NCBI GenBank assembly: GCA_016202395.1 | Contig: JACQOV010000013.1 | Span: 1 to 54,858, forward strand | Direction of reading: 5' to 3' | Length of the DNA stretch: 54,858 nt | Origin: Deltaproteobacteria bacterium | GTDB lineage: Bacteria; JACQOV01 | Part shown: in pieces, positions 38,601-47,592 of the stretch | Numbering within the stretch: position 1 is the stretch's first letter | How the letters are laid out: every line of letters starts with the position of its first letter | Notes under the pieces: model-generated | Databases searched by the model: none | Seen by the model: only the letters and a program-made list of their open reading frames with translations | What the model was told of the DNA's origin: nothing | Translations under genes and position numbers: made by a program

Positions 38601-39816
38601 GAAGGAGATTGGATGAAAGTTCTACCCCCGCTGAACCATCAATAATTAAACCTCCTAAAATGAGTCCCAACACAGCGAATGGCTCTGCTTTAATAATGTA
38701 AGGATTCCCTTGTCCCAGTTCTTTGGGTTTACCATGTTCATATACTTTTGTAATTTTGGTCTCAAATTTGGGGTCGGCACACAAAAACTCGAAAGGCCCT
38801 TCACATGCAATCATCTTTTCTAACACTTTTGTTTGCGTACCGGTGGTGTAAGTCATTGCAAAAGCAATATCTTCATCATTAACACCATAAGATTCCAAAT
38901 AGGGGAGAACTTTTTCCAGCTTGTTCGTTTGCGTGGTGTGATTGACAAATTCCCATGGAGAGCGAATTGGCAAACCCAGGGCACTCCCTTCTGAAGGGAC
39001 CCCTGTGATGCCTCTTGTAAGAACGATGGCAAACGAGCATTGCTGATCCAAAGGATGAGTGGGTCTCAATAAAAGAGTATTGGTTTCCATTTCATAGTAG
39101 GTGATGTAATCCAGATCCCCGTCCTTATCAATGTCAAAATGATTTCCAGCCCACTCACATTTTCCGTTGAAGTTCCAGTCTTCATCGATGTAGTCACAGG
39201 TCCCGTTTTGATTGAGGTCATATTCCTGGATAAAGAGGCTATCGAGACTGCGATCTTGAAGATCGTTCAAGAAGAAATCCCTTCGATGCCCTAAAGAAGC
39301 GGTTTGAAGTTTTGTCGGGAAATAGCCTCGATGGTCCAATTCAGGTCGAGGATCATAAATAGCCACGGGCCATCGTGTCCCCGCCTTGTGTCGTTCACAA
39401 TCTTCAAGCTGTATCCAATAGACGGTGTCATAGTTCACGGTGGATAAATCGATGGCTCTATCGAAAGAAATGGGAACCGTGGAAAAGGTTCCAAGCCCAT
39501 CCATAAAATTGATTCGATGGCGGAGAGATTTTTCGAAATCAGCGACACCAGCCTCTTCCGAGATATTGAAACGCTTTCCTGTAGGTGTTGTAGAATCGTT
39601 TCGCAGAAGGAAATCACCATAGGGGACATTGGGAGCCTCCCCCTTTTCGACGATCGGTTCAAAGACAACTTGGGGGCCTTCTCCTGGAAGAGTTGGAGCC
39701 AGCCCTGTGGTGGACTCTTCCCCATCGTCATCGAGATTAAAGCAACCGCTCGAGTGGAGAGCCAGGATAAGAGAGAAAAACGTGATAAAACCGAATCGAG
39801 AATAGCTTTTGCTCAT
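35623..39816 (-). CDS. Large lipoprotein alpha/beta hydrolase, paralog of 27563-31345
   Basis: ATG 39816 after GGGGG RBS and sigma54 promoter; lipobox SSGC; PIIFHEHG, GSSLGG; shares FVNHTTQT, YTTGTQTK, DFNEDGVVD, VNAEGK.CMEG.P with the paralog. Confidence 0.78.
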   Translation of the reverse strand: MSKSYSRFGFITFFSLILALHSSGCFNLDDDGEESTTGLAPTLPGEGPQVVFEPIVEKGEAPNVPYGDFLLRNDSTTPTGKRFNISEEAGVADFEKSLRHRINFMDGLGTFSTVPISFDRAIDLSTVNYDTVYWIQLEDCERHKAGTRWPVAIYDPRPELDHRGYFPTKLQTASLGHRRDFFLNDLQDRSLDSLFIQEYDLNQNGTCDYIDEDWNFNGKCEWAGNHFDIDKDGDLDYITYYEMETNTLLLRPTHPLDQQCSFAIVLTRGITGVPSEGSALGLPIRSPWEFVNHTTQTNKLEKVLPYLESYGVNDEDIAFAMTYTTGTQTKVLEKMIACEGPFEFLCADPKFETKITKVYEHGKPKELGQGNPYIIKAEPFAVLGLILGGLIIDGSAGVELSSNLLRYTDYFVIFDVQAPYFLQDENLPEDHPENDPTKSAILIELDGTNYTTGKKVAPKVNTKKRVACVIPKPRPELGCEAPFPIIFHEHGYTSDFLELFGFAASYNKHCFAACTMNAAHHGPQEDFVQGGLVNVVGDLVGGELSDAALRSLFLDDMIRPEILALFEEFVEEEIIEKTFKETYSSNEKCNETFEKDCLEVSSEEKCQSLYKESCVDVINAQCQALWQKDCSEATAQELLSALADSEKYLAESLCNLIQPGGSVSKTDNSVSEIQQILNAIDLSAFAEKTLGVDVSKDCKAKVEKYLSKHGDNLDEILTKAVDLVINVIKTFFIWQATFYVPGVDRISDIPINTDASDILEKIAFSPLFYDILGTGEAVARAYGRDAEGNIDLESGYGKGTLKSGGDFWSADIGHTRSVVEQSVIDFNFVINTILSFSTSKFEPPYNGDFNEDGVVDIGGPFHCTGSSLGGILCQVAAPIIPHFTSTAPSSGFAGATDVGVRTFQGGVWQAVNGELWCSPCVSSIRGEGGEHQLMLSFSDVNDDVNVPLAQISADLAIKIPKGFATLENLRNGDRKTVRINSGGIWRVSVRTDLHDPLRLILSSNEGYADNEFVDLKNFDPNKNKFYEIEFKSPVRGWGFERNTPGFRRFYSIAQHVIDSRDGVNFGIHGFTGRVPIDHSVVDFEGNPFTVEARRFSTRTNDLGIYNLFSIGDSNVPCNTGWTYSRVMGAISHAQSQQDVQSGITECVVGSAFVNAEGKVCMEGTPGCEVTYNRFGQSCDPGEPCYDIIPVSSDPIAFPVSDESTNNPSPEGCSPVDPSSRAGEDASACTPSQYFVTAPDGNVVPVSGVPSVFRAPMEITPNDSGEPFQIVSRATLMSGIEGWHGVWPASPRNEDLDIPGFTVKMPNETDAVEVNPQENPNEPKTYYNWLYFDWGTYETNRIAWFFKTGNLIDDACMAVSKSDPETGLYTCDKYIDGFPPTAEINLGTTLKGILKLGN

Positions 39817-39856
39817 GTCATAAACCCCCATTCTGGTTTGGTGCACCTGTTATTTT

Positions 39857-39873
39857 TTGCAAGATCCGTGCCA
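39857..39873 (-). promoter_or_regulatory. Sigma54 -24/-12 promoter of the lipase/barrel operon
   Basis: Minus strand TGGCACGGATCTTGCAA, perfect consensus. Confidence 0.87.
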
Positions 39874-39957
39874 GCAGGCTACTTTTTGGGGTTTTCTGCT
39901 ATCCATTTGATTTTAAAATGGATTTTAGCACTACTCTGAAATCGCATCAAGTCAATC

Positions 39958-40066
39958 TGTTAAAAAAAGTTTACACCCTATCGGAAGAAAAACATCTAAC
40001 CTGTTGAAATTCAATATGAAAATGGTGTTAAATTATTTTATCCCCTCTTGTGGACAAACCTTCACA
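39958..40066. promoter_or_regulatory. Three TGT-N12-ACA-type sites with an IHF-like site
   Basis: TGTTAAAAAAAGTTTACA 39958-39975, TGTTAAATTATTTTATCC 40026-40043 (degenerate), TGTGGACAAACCTTCACA 40049-40066; TTTCAACAGGTTA on minus strand 39997-40009. Confidence 0.65.
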
Positions 40067-40113
40067 GTCACCCCTTTACATCCAAAAAACCTCATGCTAC
40101 TTGTTCAGGAACG

Positions 40114-41028
40114 ATGTTGTTGGGCGGGGTCTATCGAGTTGCCAAAGAAAGAGGGGGTTATCTCGTTTTAAGCGATTGGGAACTTTTGCGCGTTTCCGGC
40201 AAAGAACGGATTACTTTCCTCCACAACATGACGACGATTAACGTTCGGGATCTTCCCGATCACCACGCGACTTACGGCCTCACTCTTACGGATCGTGGGA
40301 AAATCCAGGCTGACTTTTGGCTCTATCGGGCCGATCCCTTTGTTTGGCTCCTTTTTCAGCCCACCTTAGGGACAAAGACCCAAGCTTTTTTAGAAAGATA
40401 CATCATCATGGAGGATGTTGTTATTGAGAATGTATCCGGAGAATGGGGCGCTTTTTTACTCATCGGATCTGTTGCGAAGGCGGTCCTGGAGTTAAAATCC
40501 GAAGTAGGGTGGGGATTTTCGGGACGAGGGATTGCATCGCAGAATTTTTATTTTATAACTCCTAAGAATTTGATAACACTTTTCCAGGAAAAGATTCTCG
40601 CGCTTGATATCCCTTTGCTTCCGGATCCTCTGTATGAAATCTTGAGGATAGAATCGGGCATCCCGCGTTATGGAATTGATTTTAATGAATCGAATATTCC
40701 ATGGGAGGCTCGACTGGATGAAGCGATTCATCATGGGAAGGGGTGTTACATCGGTCAAGAGATTGTGGAACGCGCTTTTTCTAGAGGTGAGATCAAGAAA
40801 GAGTTATTCCAATTTCGGATGAAAGGAGAGAGGTCGATCCCTTTGGGAACAAAACTTTTTATCGACGATCATGAAGCGGGGTTTGTGACTTCGAGCGCTG
40901 TTTTGCCGGATTCTCAAAATGTGGTAGGTCTTGCTTATATTCAGAAAAAACTGTTAGGAAAGGATAGAAAATTTCATCTCCAAGGGGGAGCGGAAGGTTT
41001 TTTAATCGAGATTTCGAAAGGAGATTGA
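40114..41028 (+). CDS. ygfZ: YgfZ/GcvT family folate-binding protein
   Basis: VSGKERITFLH, LRIESGIP, KGCYIGQE signature; start placed at ATG 40114 after CAGGA. Confidence 0.85.
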   Translation: MLLGGVYRVAKERGGYLVLSDWELLRVSGKERITFLHNMTTINVRDLPDHHATYGLTLTDRGKIQADFWLYRADPFVWLLFQPTLGTKTQAFLERYIIMEDVVIENVSGEWGAFLLIGSVAKAVLELKSEVGWGFSGRGIASQNFYFITPKNLITLFQEKILALDIPLLPDPLYEILRIESGIPRYGIDFNESNIPWEARLDEAIHHGKGCYIGQEIVERAFSRGEIKKELFQFRMKGERSIPLGTKLFIDDHEAGFVTSSAVLPDSQNVVGLAYIQKKLLGKDRKFHLQGGAEGFLIEISKGD

Positions 41029-41030
41029 TC

Positions 41031-41750
41031 ATGTCTTTACTCCAAGGAAAAATCGCATGGGTGACAGGAGCAGGGCGCGGGATTGGAAAAGCAATTGCGT
41101 TGCGTTTGGCTCGGGCTGGGTCTGATCTCGCGATCTGTTCTAGAACTGTGAGTGAACTTCACGAAGTCGCTCAAGAGATTGAAAAAATGGGGCGCAAGGT
41201 TTTTTACCAATCGGTCGACGTTGCGCAGTCTCAGGCCTTGATTCAGTTCCATGAATCCGCGGTCCAAGCGTTAGGCCCAATCGATATTTTAGTCAACAAC
41301 GCCGGAGGAGGGGGATTTGGCTTTATTGCCCAAACCGAGATTCAGGAGTGGGATCAAGCGATAGCTACCAATCTTCGAGCCACCATGATTGGCTCCAAAC
41401 TGGTTTTGGCTTCCATGATTGAGAGGAATGGCGGAGCGATTATTAACATGAGCTCCGTTCTTGGCAAGATGGGGGCTAAAGGGGCTGGAGCTTACTCTGC
41501 TGCCAAATTCGGGGTGATCGGTTTTAGTCAATGTCTCTTTGAGGAAGTGCGAGAGTTTAACATTAAAGTTTGTGTGATTTGCCCCGGTTACGTTGATACC
41601 CCGTTAATCCCCGATTTCTTAGGTTTAGCTCGTGAAAAGATGATCGATCCCGAGGAGATTGCAGCGGTGGTGGAAAGTCTCGTTTCGGACTTCACGCGGG
41701 GCTGTCCCGTCGAGGTCGTCATTCGTCCTCAGCTCTCTCCCGGGGCATAG
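41031..41750 (+). CDS. Short-chain dehydrogenase/reductase
   Basis: TGAGRGIG, NNAG, YSAAK motifs; RBS AAGGAG. Confidence 0.92.
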   Translation: MSLLQGKIAWVTGAGRGIGKAIALRLARAGSDLAICSRTVSELHEVAQEIEKMGRKVFYQSVDVAQSQALIQFHESAVQALGPIDILVNNAGGGGFGFIAQTEIQEWDQAIATNLRATMIGSKLVLASMIERNGGAIINMSSVLGKMGAKGAGAYSAAKFGVIGFSQCLFEEVREFNIKVCVICPGYVDTPLIPDFLGLAREKMIDPEEIAAVVESLVSDFTRGCPVEVVIRPQLSPGA

Positions 41751-41759
41751 AACCTTCGC

Positions 41760-41789
41760 TTGACAAGCGGTTTCAGAAACGATTAACCT
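41760..41789 (+). promoter_or_regulatory. Possible sigma70 promoter for the yceD-rpmF operon
   Basis: TTGACA-N18-TAACCT upstream of the TTG at 41818. Confidence 0.4.
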
Positions 41790-41817
41790 AAAACGTTAAT
41801 AGGAACAGGGCAACCTT

Positions 41818-42372
41818 TTGATTCTACGACTAGAAAATATCCCTGAGCAGGGGCTGGATCTTCGATACGAAGAGGGAAAAGAGTGGTTTGATGAGCATCT
41901 CAAGGAGGTCGCAGGGTCCGACTACGTTTATAGAGCCGCCATTCTCATTCATTTATTGGCGCACCGGTCCGTTGAAAAAGAAATTTTTTTGACGGGGTCG
42001 ATCACCACAGAGATCGAGATGCTTTGCTCTCGTTGTCTGGAACGATTTTGTGTTCCCGTTGTTTCGGAGGTTCATTATGCTTACCTCCCTGAATCGGAGA
42101 AGAAACTGGATGCAGAATGGGATCCCAAAGATTTGGAAGGACCCGATATGGGATATTACAATGGGGAGTCGGTGGAACTTTCTCCTCTGGTTGCAGAGCA
42201 GCTTTTGCTGGATATTCCAAGGTTTCCGATCTGTCGAGAGGACTGTCGGGGGTTGTGTCCCCAGTGTGGAACGAATTTGAACGAGAAGGCTTGTCATTGT
42301 GCGTTGAGTGCGCCGACGCCGGTAGAAGGGCCTTTTTCAACCCTCAAAGGTTTTAAGCCGAAGAAAGGATAA
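41818..42372 (+). CDS. yceD: DUF177/YceD family protein
   Basis: CSRCL and CREDCRGLCPQCGTNLN motifs; directly upstream of rpmF. Confidence 0.9.
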   Translation: MILRLENIPEQGLDLRYEEGKEWFDEHLKEVAGSDYVYRAAILIHLLAHRSVEKEIFLTGSITTEIEMLCSRCLERFCVPVVSEVHYAYLPESEKKLDAEWDPKDLEGPDMGYYNGESVELSPLVAEQLLLDIPRFPICREDCRGLCPQCGTNLNEKACHCALSAPTPVEGPFSTLKGFKPKKG

Positions 42373-42377
42373 TCACT

Positions 42378-42557
42378 ATGCCGAATCCAAAAAGGAAACA
42401 TTCTCGATCTCGTCGTGATAAACGGAGAGCCAATTACCGGCTTTCTAAACCCACATTGGTTGCTTGCTCTCAGTGCAAGACGCTGAAGCCACCCCATATT
42501 GTTTGTCCGGAGTGTGGGACTTATGGCGGCGAATCGGTTCTCAAGATTGAAGAGTAA
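42378..42557 (+). CDS. rpmF: 50S ribosomal protein L32 (59 aa, absent from the ORF track)
   Basis: Translated by hand: MPNPKRKHSRSRRDKRRANYRLSKPTLVACSQCKTLKPPHIVCPECGTYGGESVLKIEE. Confidence 0.95.
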   Translation: MPNPKRKHSRSRRDKRRANYRLSKPTLVACSQCKTLKPPHIVCPECGTYGGESVLKIEE

Positions 42558-42558
42558 T

Positions 42559-42750
42559 GCAAACGCAATAAATGCCGTTATACTTCGTTGCCCTCCCCTT
42601 CGACAGCCAACCGTTCGTCCTGAGCGGAGTCGAAGGAAAACGGTTGGCATGCTCAGGACAGGCTTCGGCGCTCGTTGAGGCGTACTAACCCAGTACGCCT
42701 CACTCGGCCTCAGTCGGGCGTCTCGTCTAACGGGCATTTCTTGCGTTTGC
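42559..42750. repeat. Composite nested palindromic element (MITE/REP-like)
   Basis: Outer imperfect IR GCAAACGCAATAAATGCCGTTA / TAACGGGCATTTCTTGCGTTTGC; inner GCCAACCGTT/AACGGTTGGC and GAGGCGTACT/AGTACGCCTC hairpins. Confidence 0.7.
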
Positions 42751-42770
42751 GGGAAAGGACAGCAATTACT

Positions 42771-43670
42771 TTGCCGACGGCATTTTTGTTTCCCGGACAG
42801 GGATCTCAGAAAGTGGAGATGGGGAAATGGCTTTGCAAAACCTATCCTCAGGCTCGATCGCTTTTTGAGGAGGCCAGCGATACCTTGGGGAAAGACCTTT
42901 ATCGACTTTGTGTCGAGGGGCCTGCCTCGGAGTTGGATCTTACGGAGAATGCTCAGCCGGCGATTCTCACGGTCAGTGTCGCGGCCCATGCCATTTACTC
43001 CTTGCAGTTCGGGAAACTTCCCGATTTTGTTTTGGGTCATAGTTTGGGGGAGTATTCGGCCCTAGTGGTTGCGGGGGTTCTTCGCTTTCGGGATGCTGTG
43101 AAGGCGGTATCGTTGCGAGGAAGATGGATGCAAGAAGCCGTCCCTCCGGGAGAGGGCTCGATGGTGGCGGTGATGGGGTTGCCTGAGATGGAGGTGCGTG
43201 AGATCTGTTTAGCCGTGAACTCGGGGAGAATCGTGGTAGTAGCCAACGTGAATGGAGAGAATCAAATGGTCCTTTCTGGACATCGAGATGCGGTAGAGGA
43301 GGTAGCCTCTCAAGTCCAAGGGAGGGGGGCTCGCACCCGTTCTCTTCCTGTTAGCGCCCCTTTTCATTCCCCTTTGATGAGGCCGGCGGAGACCCAACTT
43401 CGAAAACATCTGGAGGATTTGCGATGGGGTTCGGCGCAAGTTCGTTGGGTTTCCAATGTCGATGCTCAGGTTTATCAAGAACCTCAGCTCATCCGAGAGA
43501 AGCTGATCGAACAGGTTTGTGCTCCAGTGCGATTTAAAGATTGTGTGGGGGTTGTTGCGAAGGCCGGTGTAGAACAATTTGTCGAGTTAGGAGCAGGGCG
43601 AGTCCTTTCAGGGCTCGTTCGTCGGATTGTTTCGGGAGCTCAAATAGAACAGTTTGGAGATGGGGAGTAA
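42771..43670 (+). CDS. fabD: Malonyl-CoA:ACP transacylase
   Basis: FLFPGQGSQ, AQPAI, GHSLGEY, VSAPFHS; start TTG 42771. Confidence 0.95.
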   Translation: MPTAFLFPGQGSQKVEMGKWLCKTYPQARSLFEEASDTLGKDLYRLCVEGPASELDLTENAQPAILTVSVAAHAIYSLQFGKLPDFVLGHSLGEYSALVVAGVLRFRDAVKAVSLRGRWMQEAVPPGEGSMVAVMGLPEMEVREICLAVNSGRIVVVANVNGENQMVLSGHRDAVEEVASQVQGRGARTRSLPVSAPFHSPLMRPAETQLRKHLEDLRWGSAQVRWVSNVDAQVYQEPQLIREKLIEQVCAPVRFKDCVGVVAKAGVEQFVELGAGRVLSGLVRRIVSGAQIEQFGDGE

Positions 43671-43675
43671 GCGGA

Positions 43676-44422
43676 ATGGAACAAGATTTTATAGGCAAGA
43701 TTATTGTCGTTACGGGGGGAACGCGCGGCATTGGGGCGGCTATTTCAAAGGAACTGATTCAAAGAGGGGCCATCGTTGTTGCCATTTATGCCCAGAATGA
43801 TGCTGCTGCCAGGCGTTTCTTGGAGGGGGCGTTGGATCGATCGCGGGTGCGAACGATTAAAGCGGATGTGACCGATGTGGCCGCGATTCAGTCGGCATTC
43901 GATCAGATTCTTAAGGAATTTGAAAAGATCGATGGATTGGTGAATAATGCGGGGATCGTTCGAGATGGATTAATTATTCGAATGAAAGAGGAGGATTGGG
44001 ACTCCGTCCTCAATGTGAATCTCACTGGAGCATTTCGGTGCACTCGGCTTGCCGCCCGGGCTATGATGCGGCAACGAGCCGGGGCCATTGTTAATATCTG
44101 TTCTGTGGTTGCAGAGCTTGGGAATATCGGTCAAGCCAATTACGTGACTTCTAAAGCGGGGTTGGTCGGATTGACCAAGGCCTCCGCGCGAGAGTTAGCT
44201 CCTCGCGGAGTGATTGTTAATGCGGTCGCTCCGGGATGGATTGAAACGGAGATGACGCAAAAGATTCCTCAAGAGGTTCGCGATCATTGGTTAAAATTGA
44301 TTCCACTTCAACGTTTGGGGAAACCGGAAGAGGTTTCCGCTTTGGTTTGCTTTTTGTTATCGGATCGAGCTAAGTATATTACGGGGCAGTTGTTCCATAT
44401 GGGTGGCGGTTTATACATGTAA
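43676..44422 (+). CDS. fabG: 3-oxoacyl-ACP reductase
   Basis: TGGTRGIG, NNAGIVRD, GNIGQANYVTSK; between fabD and acpP; start ATG 43676. Confidence 0.93.
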   Translation: MEQDFIGKIIVVTGGTRGIGAAISKELIQRGAIVVAIYAQNDAAARRFLEGALDRSRVRTIKADVTDVAAIQSAFDQILKEFEKIDGLVNNAGIVRDGLIIRMKEEDWDSVLNVNLTGAFRCTRLAARAMMRQRAGAIVNICSVVAELGNIGQANYVTSKAGLVGLTKASARELAPRGVIVNAVAPGWIETEMTQKIPQEVRDHWLKLIPLQRLGKPEEVSALVCFLLSDRAKYITGQLFHMGGGLYM

Positions 44423-44443
44423 TTTTAATGAAGGAGGGTCATC

Positions 44444-44680
44444 ATGGCGACTTCAGTGGAAGATCGTGTTCGAAAAATTGTCGCAAAACAACTGGGACTT
44501 CAGGAGGATGAAATCACCCTGGACAAGGCATTCATCGATGATCTTGGGGCAGATTCCCTGGATATCGTGGAGTTGGTGATGGCGATGGAAGAGGAATTTG
44601 GAATCGAGATTCCAGATGAAGAAGCTGAAAAGATTCAAACGGTTAAAGACGTCGTCGATTATATTACTGAAAATTCATAA
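44444..44680 (+). CDS. acpP: Acyl carrier protein
   Basis: [20 protein letters not shown]. Confidence 0.97.
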   Translation: MATSVEDRVRKIVAKQLGLQEDEITLDKAFIDDLGADSLDIVELVMAMEEEFGIEIPDEEAEKIQTVKDVVDYITENS

Positions 44681-44697
44681 GAGAACAGAAAGTTTAT

Positions 44698-45933
44698 ATG
44701 CTGGAATTGGAGAGAATCGATCCTGAGATAGCGGAGGTCATCCGTCGCGAGACGGAGCGGCAGTTGAGCCGCCTGGAGCTCATCGCTTCCGAGAACTTTG
44801 TCAGTCCCGCTGTGTTGGAAGCTATGGGCACGGTTCTCACCAATAAATACGCTGAAGGGTTGCCAGGCAAGCGGTACTATGGAGGATGCGAGTTTGTCGA
44901 TCAGGCGGAGAACTTAGCGATTGATCGGGCCAAGAGGCTCTTTGGAGCCGATTTCGTGAATGTGCAGCCCCACTCCGGTTCTCAGGCCAATATGGCGGTT
45001 TACTTTGCCGCGCTCAAGCCCGGTGAGACTGTCTTAGGGATGAATCTTACTCATGGCGGCCATCTCACTCATGGCAGCCCCGTCAATTTTTCAGGGTTTC
45101 TTTTCAATGTTGTTTCCTATGGAGTTCGGAAAGAGGATGGAAGGATCGATTTCGATCAGGTGCGGGGGTTGGCCCGCGAGCATCGCCCTAAACTGATTGT
45201 TGTGGGGGCAAGCGCTTATCCTCGAATCATCGATTTTAAATCTTTTCGTGATATTGCGGACGAGGTGGAAGCGAAGGTGATGGTGGACATCGCCCATATT
45301 GCCGGTTTGGTAGCCACAGGGCTTCATCCGAGTCCCATCCCCCATGCCGAGTTTGTAACGACCACCACCCACAAAACCCTTCGAGGACCCCGAGGAGGGA
45401 TGGTCATGGGGAAAGCCGACTTTGAGAAGGCTCTCAATAGCAAGATTTTCCCTGGAATTCAGGGGGGGCCTCTCATGCATATCATTGCCGCCAAGGCGGT
45501 CGCTTTTAAGGAGGCTTTGTCCCCGCAATTTAAGGACTATCAGAATCAGATTGTAAAGAATGCTAAAAAACTGGCTGAGGTTCTTCTGGAACAAGGATAT
45601 CAACTGGTGTCTGGAGGGACCGACAATCATCTTCTCTTGGTGGATCTTCGCAACAAAGGGCTTACAGGTAAAGAGGCTGAAGAGGCTCTGGATAAGGCGG
45701 GGATCACTGTCAACAAAAACACCGTCCCTTTTGAGACCCAAAAACCGTTTATTACGAGTGGAATCCGGATCGGAACCCCCGCGGTGACCACGCGCGGAAT
45801 GAAAGAGGCCGAGATGGAGAGAATCGGTCGGATGATCGACGACGTATTGAGCCATCCCGCTGATTTTGATATGCTATCCTCGGTTTCGAAGAAGGTCCGG
45901 GAGCTTTGCGAAGGGTTCCCATTATTTCGCTAG
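44698..45933 (+). CDS. glyA: Serine hydroxymethyltransferase
   Basis: [26 protein letters not shown]. Confidence 0.98.
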   Translation: MLELERIDPEIAEVIRRETERQLSRLELIASENFVSPAVLEAMGTVLTNKYAEGLPGKRYYGGCEFVDQAENLAIDRAKRLFGADFVNVQPHSGSQANMAVYFAALKPGETVLGMNLTHGGHLTHGSPVNFSGFLFNVVSYGVRKEDGRIDFDQVRGLAREHRPKLIVVGASAYPRIIDFKSFRDIADEVEAKVMVDIAHIAGLVATGLHPSPIPHAEFVTTTTHKTLRGPRGGMVMGKADFEKALNSKIFPGIQGGPLMHIIAAKAVAFKEALSPQFKDYQNQIVKNAKKLAEVLLEQGYQLVSGGTDNHLLLVDLRNKGLTGKEAEEALDKAGITVNKNTVPFETQKPFITSGIRIGTPAVTTRGMKEAEMERIGRMIDDVLSHPADFDMLSSVSKKVRELCEGFPLFR

Positions 45934-45951
45934 CTAGAGGGAGGGAGTTTT

Positions 45952-46488
45952 ATGAAATGTCCTTTTTGTTCTCATCCGGAAAGCTCCGTGATCGATTCTC
46001 GAACGAGTAAGGACAATCTTTCAATCCGACGTCGCCGAGTGTGCGATGAATGTGGCAATCGTTTTACCACCTATGAACGCGTGGAAGAGGCGGTTCCCCT
46101 CGTTGCTAAAAAAGATGGCCGACTCGAGGCTTTTGATCGCAGCAAGATCTTGAATGGAGTCATTAAAGCGTGCGAGAAGAGGCCGGTCACTTTAAATCAG
46201 ATCGAGAAATTAGTGGAACGGGTGGAGCATCGCGTTCAAGATTCAGGGGACAAAGAGATCAAAAGCTCTCAGATCGGCCAAGAGATCATGAAAGAATTGC
46301 ACGAACTAGATCAGGTCGCCTATGTGAGATTTGCATCCGTTTACCGGCAATTTAAAGATATCAATGAATTTATGGATGAGTTAAAGGATCTCATTGAGAA
46401 GGATAAGCAGAAACGCGTTAAGCAGCAACAAGAATTTCGTGGAGTTCTGTCCTCTGAAAAAATGGGAGGACAGGGTCGATTGTTTTGA
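45952..46488 (+). CDS. nrdR: Transcriptional repressor NrdR
   Basis: MKCPFC..IRRRRVC..RFTTYE, ATP cone, [10 protein letters not shown]. Confidence 0.97.
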   Translation: MKCPFCSHPESSVIDSRTSKDNLSIRRRRVCDECGNRFTTYERVEEAVPLVAKKDGRLEAFDRSKILNGVIKACEKRPVTLNQIEKLVERVEHRVQDSGDKEIKSSQIGQEIMKELHELDQVAYVRFASVYRQFKDINEFMDELKDLIEKDKQKRVKQQQEFRGVLSSEKMGGQGRLF

Positions 46489-47588
46489 AAGCTCAAGATG
46501 AATTTTTCATCGAAAGGACGTTGCAATTAGCTCGAAAGGGGATTGGTTGGGCCTCTCCGAATCCCCAGGTGGGGGCTGTGGTCGTCCATGAAGGCAAGGT
46601 TTTAGCGGAAGGTTACCACCGTCGGGTGGGGGTTCCCCATGCCGAGGTGGAGGCTTTGAAGAGGTTGTCAGGGAAGTTGCCGTCAGGGGCGATCCTCTAC
46701 GTCAATTTGGAGCCTTGCGATCATCATGGCAGAACCCCTCCTTGTACGGATCTCTTATTGAAGTCAGGGCTCCAGAGGGTGGTGGTGGGCATGATCGATC
46801 CAAATCCTCGGGTGCGAGGACGGGGTGTTCGTCGCTTGAGAGAGGCGGGGGTGGATGTTACGGTTGGTGTTTTGCGAGAGAAATGCTACCGTCTCAATGA
46901 GTCTTACGCGAAGTGGATTCGGAGAGGGATCCCCTTCGTCACGTTAAAGATGGCGGCCAGTTTGGATGGAGGGATTGCCGCGGCTGATGGTTCTTCTCGT
47001 TGGGTTACCGGTCCGTTGGCTCGCCAGAAAGTTCATCGGCTACGAAGTGAGGTGGATGCGGTTTTAGTGGGGGTTGGCACGGTTTTGAAGGATGATCCCT
47101 ATTTGACGACGCGGCCCCTGCGGAGCGCTCATCAGCCGGTTCGAGTTATTTTGGATACTCACCTTCGAATCCCTGAGCGTTCTCGGTTGGTTCGGGGAGC
47201 CTCTCAAGTTCCGGTTTGGGTGGTCTGTGGCGTGAAGATCGTGACATCGAAGGTCCAGAGATTGAAGGATCGAGGGGTTCGCATCATTCCTGTGATCTCC
47301 AAGCAGGGAGAGGTTTTGTGGCGGCCTTTGTTGAAGCGATTAGGGGCGGAAGGGATCACGAATCTGTTAGTGGAAGGGGGAGGGGAGGTTGCCTCGAGCG
47401 CTCTGGGCGCAGGGGTGGTGGATAAGCTTCTGTACTTTGTGGCGCCCAAACTTTTTGGGGGAAAAGGGACGCTCTCTTCTTTTCCAAAGTGGGGAGTACG
47501 CAACATCCGGCAAGCTTTAGAACTTGAAGAGATTTGTGTGGAGAAAATTGGCGAGGATTATTTGTTCGAAGGATATTTAAAGAGGTAA
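46485..47588 (+). CDS. ribD: Riboflavin biosynthesis deaminase/reductase
   Basis: [29 protein letters not shown]. Confidence 0.96.
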   Translation: MKAQDEFFIERTLQLARKGIGWASPNPQVGAVVVHEGKVLAEGYHRRVGVPHAEVEALKRLSGKLPSGAILYVNLEPCDHHGRTPPCTDLLLKSGLQRVVVGMIDPNPRVRGRGVRRLREAGVDVTVGVLREKCYRLNESYAKWIRRGIPFVTLKMAASLDGGIAAADGSSRWVTGPLARQKVHRLRSEVDAVLVGVGTVLKDDPYLTTRPLRSAHQPVRVILDTHLRIPERSRLVRGASQVPVWVVCGVKIVTSKVQRLKDRGVRIIPVISKQGEVLWRPLLKRLGAEGITNLLVEGGGEVASSALGAGVVDKLLYFVAPKLFGGKGTLSSFPKWGVRNIRQALELEEICVEKIGEDYLFEGYLKR

Positions 47589-47592
47589 TGGG

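Noticed and set aside
42294..43040. 248-aa minus-strand ORF and the 5' extension of fabD (42675-42770)
   Set aside because: Shadow of rpmF, the repeat element and fabD; FabD homology starts at TTG 42771
45091..45855. 254-aa antisense ORF (also 5995-6645, 48201-48764, 53182-53877 and similar)
   Set aside because: Antisense shadows of well-supported genes, with no motifs
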